From assembly GCA_977017645.1 (NCBI GenBank), contig OZ360225.1:93310001-93374000 (forward strand): DNA of 64,000 nucleotides, in the 5' to 3' direction. The position numbers were made by a program, and so were the translations under genes. Within the stretch, counting starts at the first letter, position 1. The number at the start of each line of letters is the position of its first letter. This document shows positions 61,455 through 64,000 of the stretch, in pieces. Source of the DNA: Torpedo marmorata (lineage: Eukaryota). Below the pieces are notes generated by a model. The model was given only the letters and a program-made list of their open reading frames with translations, made no database searches and was not told the origin of the DNA.

Positions 61455-64000
61455 AATGGAAAAATTAATTGAGAAAACTAAACAACGATATTAAGAATTA
61501 GGAGAAAGAGCACATAAGGTTTTGGCATGGCAATTGAAAAAGGAACAAGTTTCTAAAACTATAAATGCTATAAGGAAGAAAAATACTGGAGAAATAACTT
61601 ATAAACCTCAAGAGATAAATGAATCTTTTAAAGACTATTATCAGAATTTATATAGATCACAGATTGATCAAGATGATTCTAAAATTAATAGATTCTTATC
61701 TAAAATCACATTACCTAAATTGAATGACCGGAGTAGAGATTCTTTAGATTTACCTTTTACAATGAGAGAAGTTAGTGAAGTTTTTTCTTCGTTGAAGAGT
61801 GGTAAATCTCCGGGTGATGATGGGTTTTCATCAGAATTTTATAAAGAATTCAAAGATTTATTAATACCTCCATATATGGAAGTACTAGGTCAAATTACGG
61901 AAACTCATTTATTACCGAAAACATTTTTAAATGCTATAATTACAGTTATACCAAAGAAAAATAGAGATGTATTAAAAACTGAATCATATAGACCTATTTC
62001 ATTATTAAATGTAGATTATAAAATAATGGCAAAAATTTTAGCAAACAGAATGGCTAAATATTTGCCAGATTTGGTACACCTAGATCAAGCTGGTTTTATT
62101 AAAAATAGATATTCAAAGGATAATATAGCTAGATTAATTAGTTTAATTGGTTTGCATAAAAAGAAACAAGATTTACCATTAGTTGTAACATTAGATGCTG
62201 AAAAGGCTTTTGATAGATTAGAATGGAATTTTTTATTTAAGGTATTAGAAAAATTTGGTTTTGGAAATATATTTATAAATTGGATTAAAACTATATATAA
62301 AGAACCATCAACTAAAGTAATTACAAATGGACAAATATCGCCAAAATTTTCTTTGACATGATCTACGAGACAGGGATGTCCCCTGTCACCAGCTTTATTT
62401 GTTTTGGCAATAGAACCTTTGGCTGAATTAGTTAGAAAAGATCCTAAAATAGTGGGTATTAAAGTTGGTATGGAAGAACATAAGATTAGTTTGTTTGCAG
62501 ATGATGTATTGATATATATGACAAAATCTATTATATCACATCAACAATTATCTATTATATTAAGAGAATATGGTGAAATATCTGGATATAAAATTAATTC
62601 AGATAAGAGTGAAATAATGGCTTTATCTCAAGGTGATTATACTAAATGTAAAGAAATAACACAATTTAAATGGGCTAAAGAGGGAATTAAATATTTAGGG
62701 TTAAGGTTGATACAAAATTGGAAAACTTATATAAATGAAATTATTTACCATTATTTGTGAAAATAAAGAAAGATTTAGAGAATTGGAAAGATTTACCTAT
62801 AACTTTAATGGGAAGGGTAAATTGTATTAAAATGAATATTTTTCCAAGAGTTCAGTATCTTTTTCAATCAATTCCTTTTGGAATTCCTCAAAAATTTTTA
62901 AAAGATTTAAATTTTATTATTAGGAAATTTTTGTGGAAAGGAAAGTTAGCAAGAGTAAGTATGGAAAAATTAACTTGGAATTATGAGTTGGGTGGATTGC
63001 AACTTCCTAATTTTCAAAATTATTATAAAGCAGCCCAATTAAAATTTGTTAATGAATTTTTTGATTCAAATAAAACTTCTGCTTGGATTAAAATAGAATT
63101 AAATAATATAGGAGAAAATTTTAAAGAAGGATTATTTATAAATGGGATTCTAAATTAATATCAGTAAAAAAGAAAAATTCACCGATTATTAAACATTTGT
63201 TAGAAATGTGGGGTAAGTTGGATAAAGAGATAGGTGGAAGAGGATTAATTTCTTCAAATATGTCACTATATCAAAATGGACTTATACCATTTACTGTTAA
63301 CAATCAATTATTTAAAATTTGGTTTCAAAAAGGTATTAAGAAGATTAATGATTGTTTTGAAGCTGGAAGATTTATTACGTTTCCAAGAATGAAAGATAAA
63401 TTTAATATATTAGATAATACATTTTTAGCTTATTATCAAGTTAAAGCTTTTTTAACCGAGAAATTAGGTCATGCTTTGATTTTACCAAGACAAAATGAAT
63501 TAGAATTATTAGTTACTAATGGAGAAGTTAATAAATTTATTTCTCAAATGTATAAATTGTTTCAGAGGAAAATGCCTAAAATAGGATTGCATAAATCAAG
63601 ATTAAAATGGGAATTAGATTTAAATGTAAATATAGATGAAAATCATTGGAAAGATTTATGTAAGTTAAGTATGACAAAAATTATTAATGTTAGATATAGA
63701 TTAGTACAGTATAATTTCTTTCATCAATTGTATTTAACACCTAAAAAATTAAAGAAATTTAATCCGACATTATCAGGACTATGTTTTAGATGCAATAATG
63801 AGGAAGGTTCTTTTGTTCATTCTACATGGTTTTGTTCAAAGATTCAAGATTTTTGGTTGAAAGTTAAAAAATTTTTAGATAAAGTATTTAATATTACATT
63901 TCCAATGGATCCTATGTTATTTTTATTTGGAGATATTAGAAAATTTAGTATTAAAAAGAAATTAAATATGTTTCAAGTAGAATTTTTACGAATTGCTTTA
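61455..64000 (+). mobile_element. 5'-truncated L1 ORF2 (disrupted), running off the window
   Basis: ORFs 61522-62361, 62404-62760, 62757-63158; same family as 4250-14100. Confidence 0.95.

Overview
Eukaryotic intronic DNA, most likely from a cartilaginous fish (inferred from HE1/V-type SINEs with CR1 tails, CR1, Rex1/Babar-like, Penelope and AT-rich L1 families). I can support one host exon: a 220-nt + strand coding exon of the DNA-repair scaffold gene SPIDR (36142-36361) with canonical splice sites. Most of the rest is layered transposable elements. These include seven L1 insertions (six antisense to SPIDR, five with readable 12-16 bp TSDs, one full-length copy nested in another), a near full-length CR1 with esterase ORF1, a near full-length Rex1/Babar-like LINE, a two-LTR Gypsy element lacking its integrase core, a Gmr1-like Gypsy relic, Penelope fragments, five V-SINEs, a tRNA-Thr-headed SINE and three MITEs. 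I found no clearly new protein-coding system. The best novelty candidates are small non-autonomous RNA elements: a 109-bp hammerhead-like Penelope-derived insert with a 13-bp TSD, a tRNA-Thr SINE with a Rex1-type tail, and an ~860-bp non-coding Rex1-like passenger. All family calls come from motif recognition by eye, not database searches.
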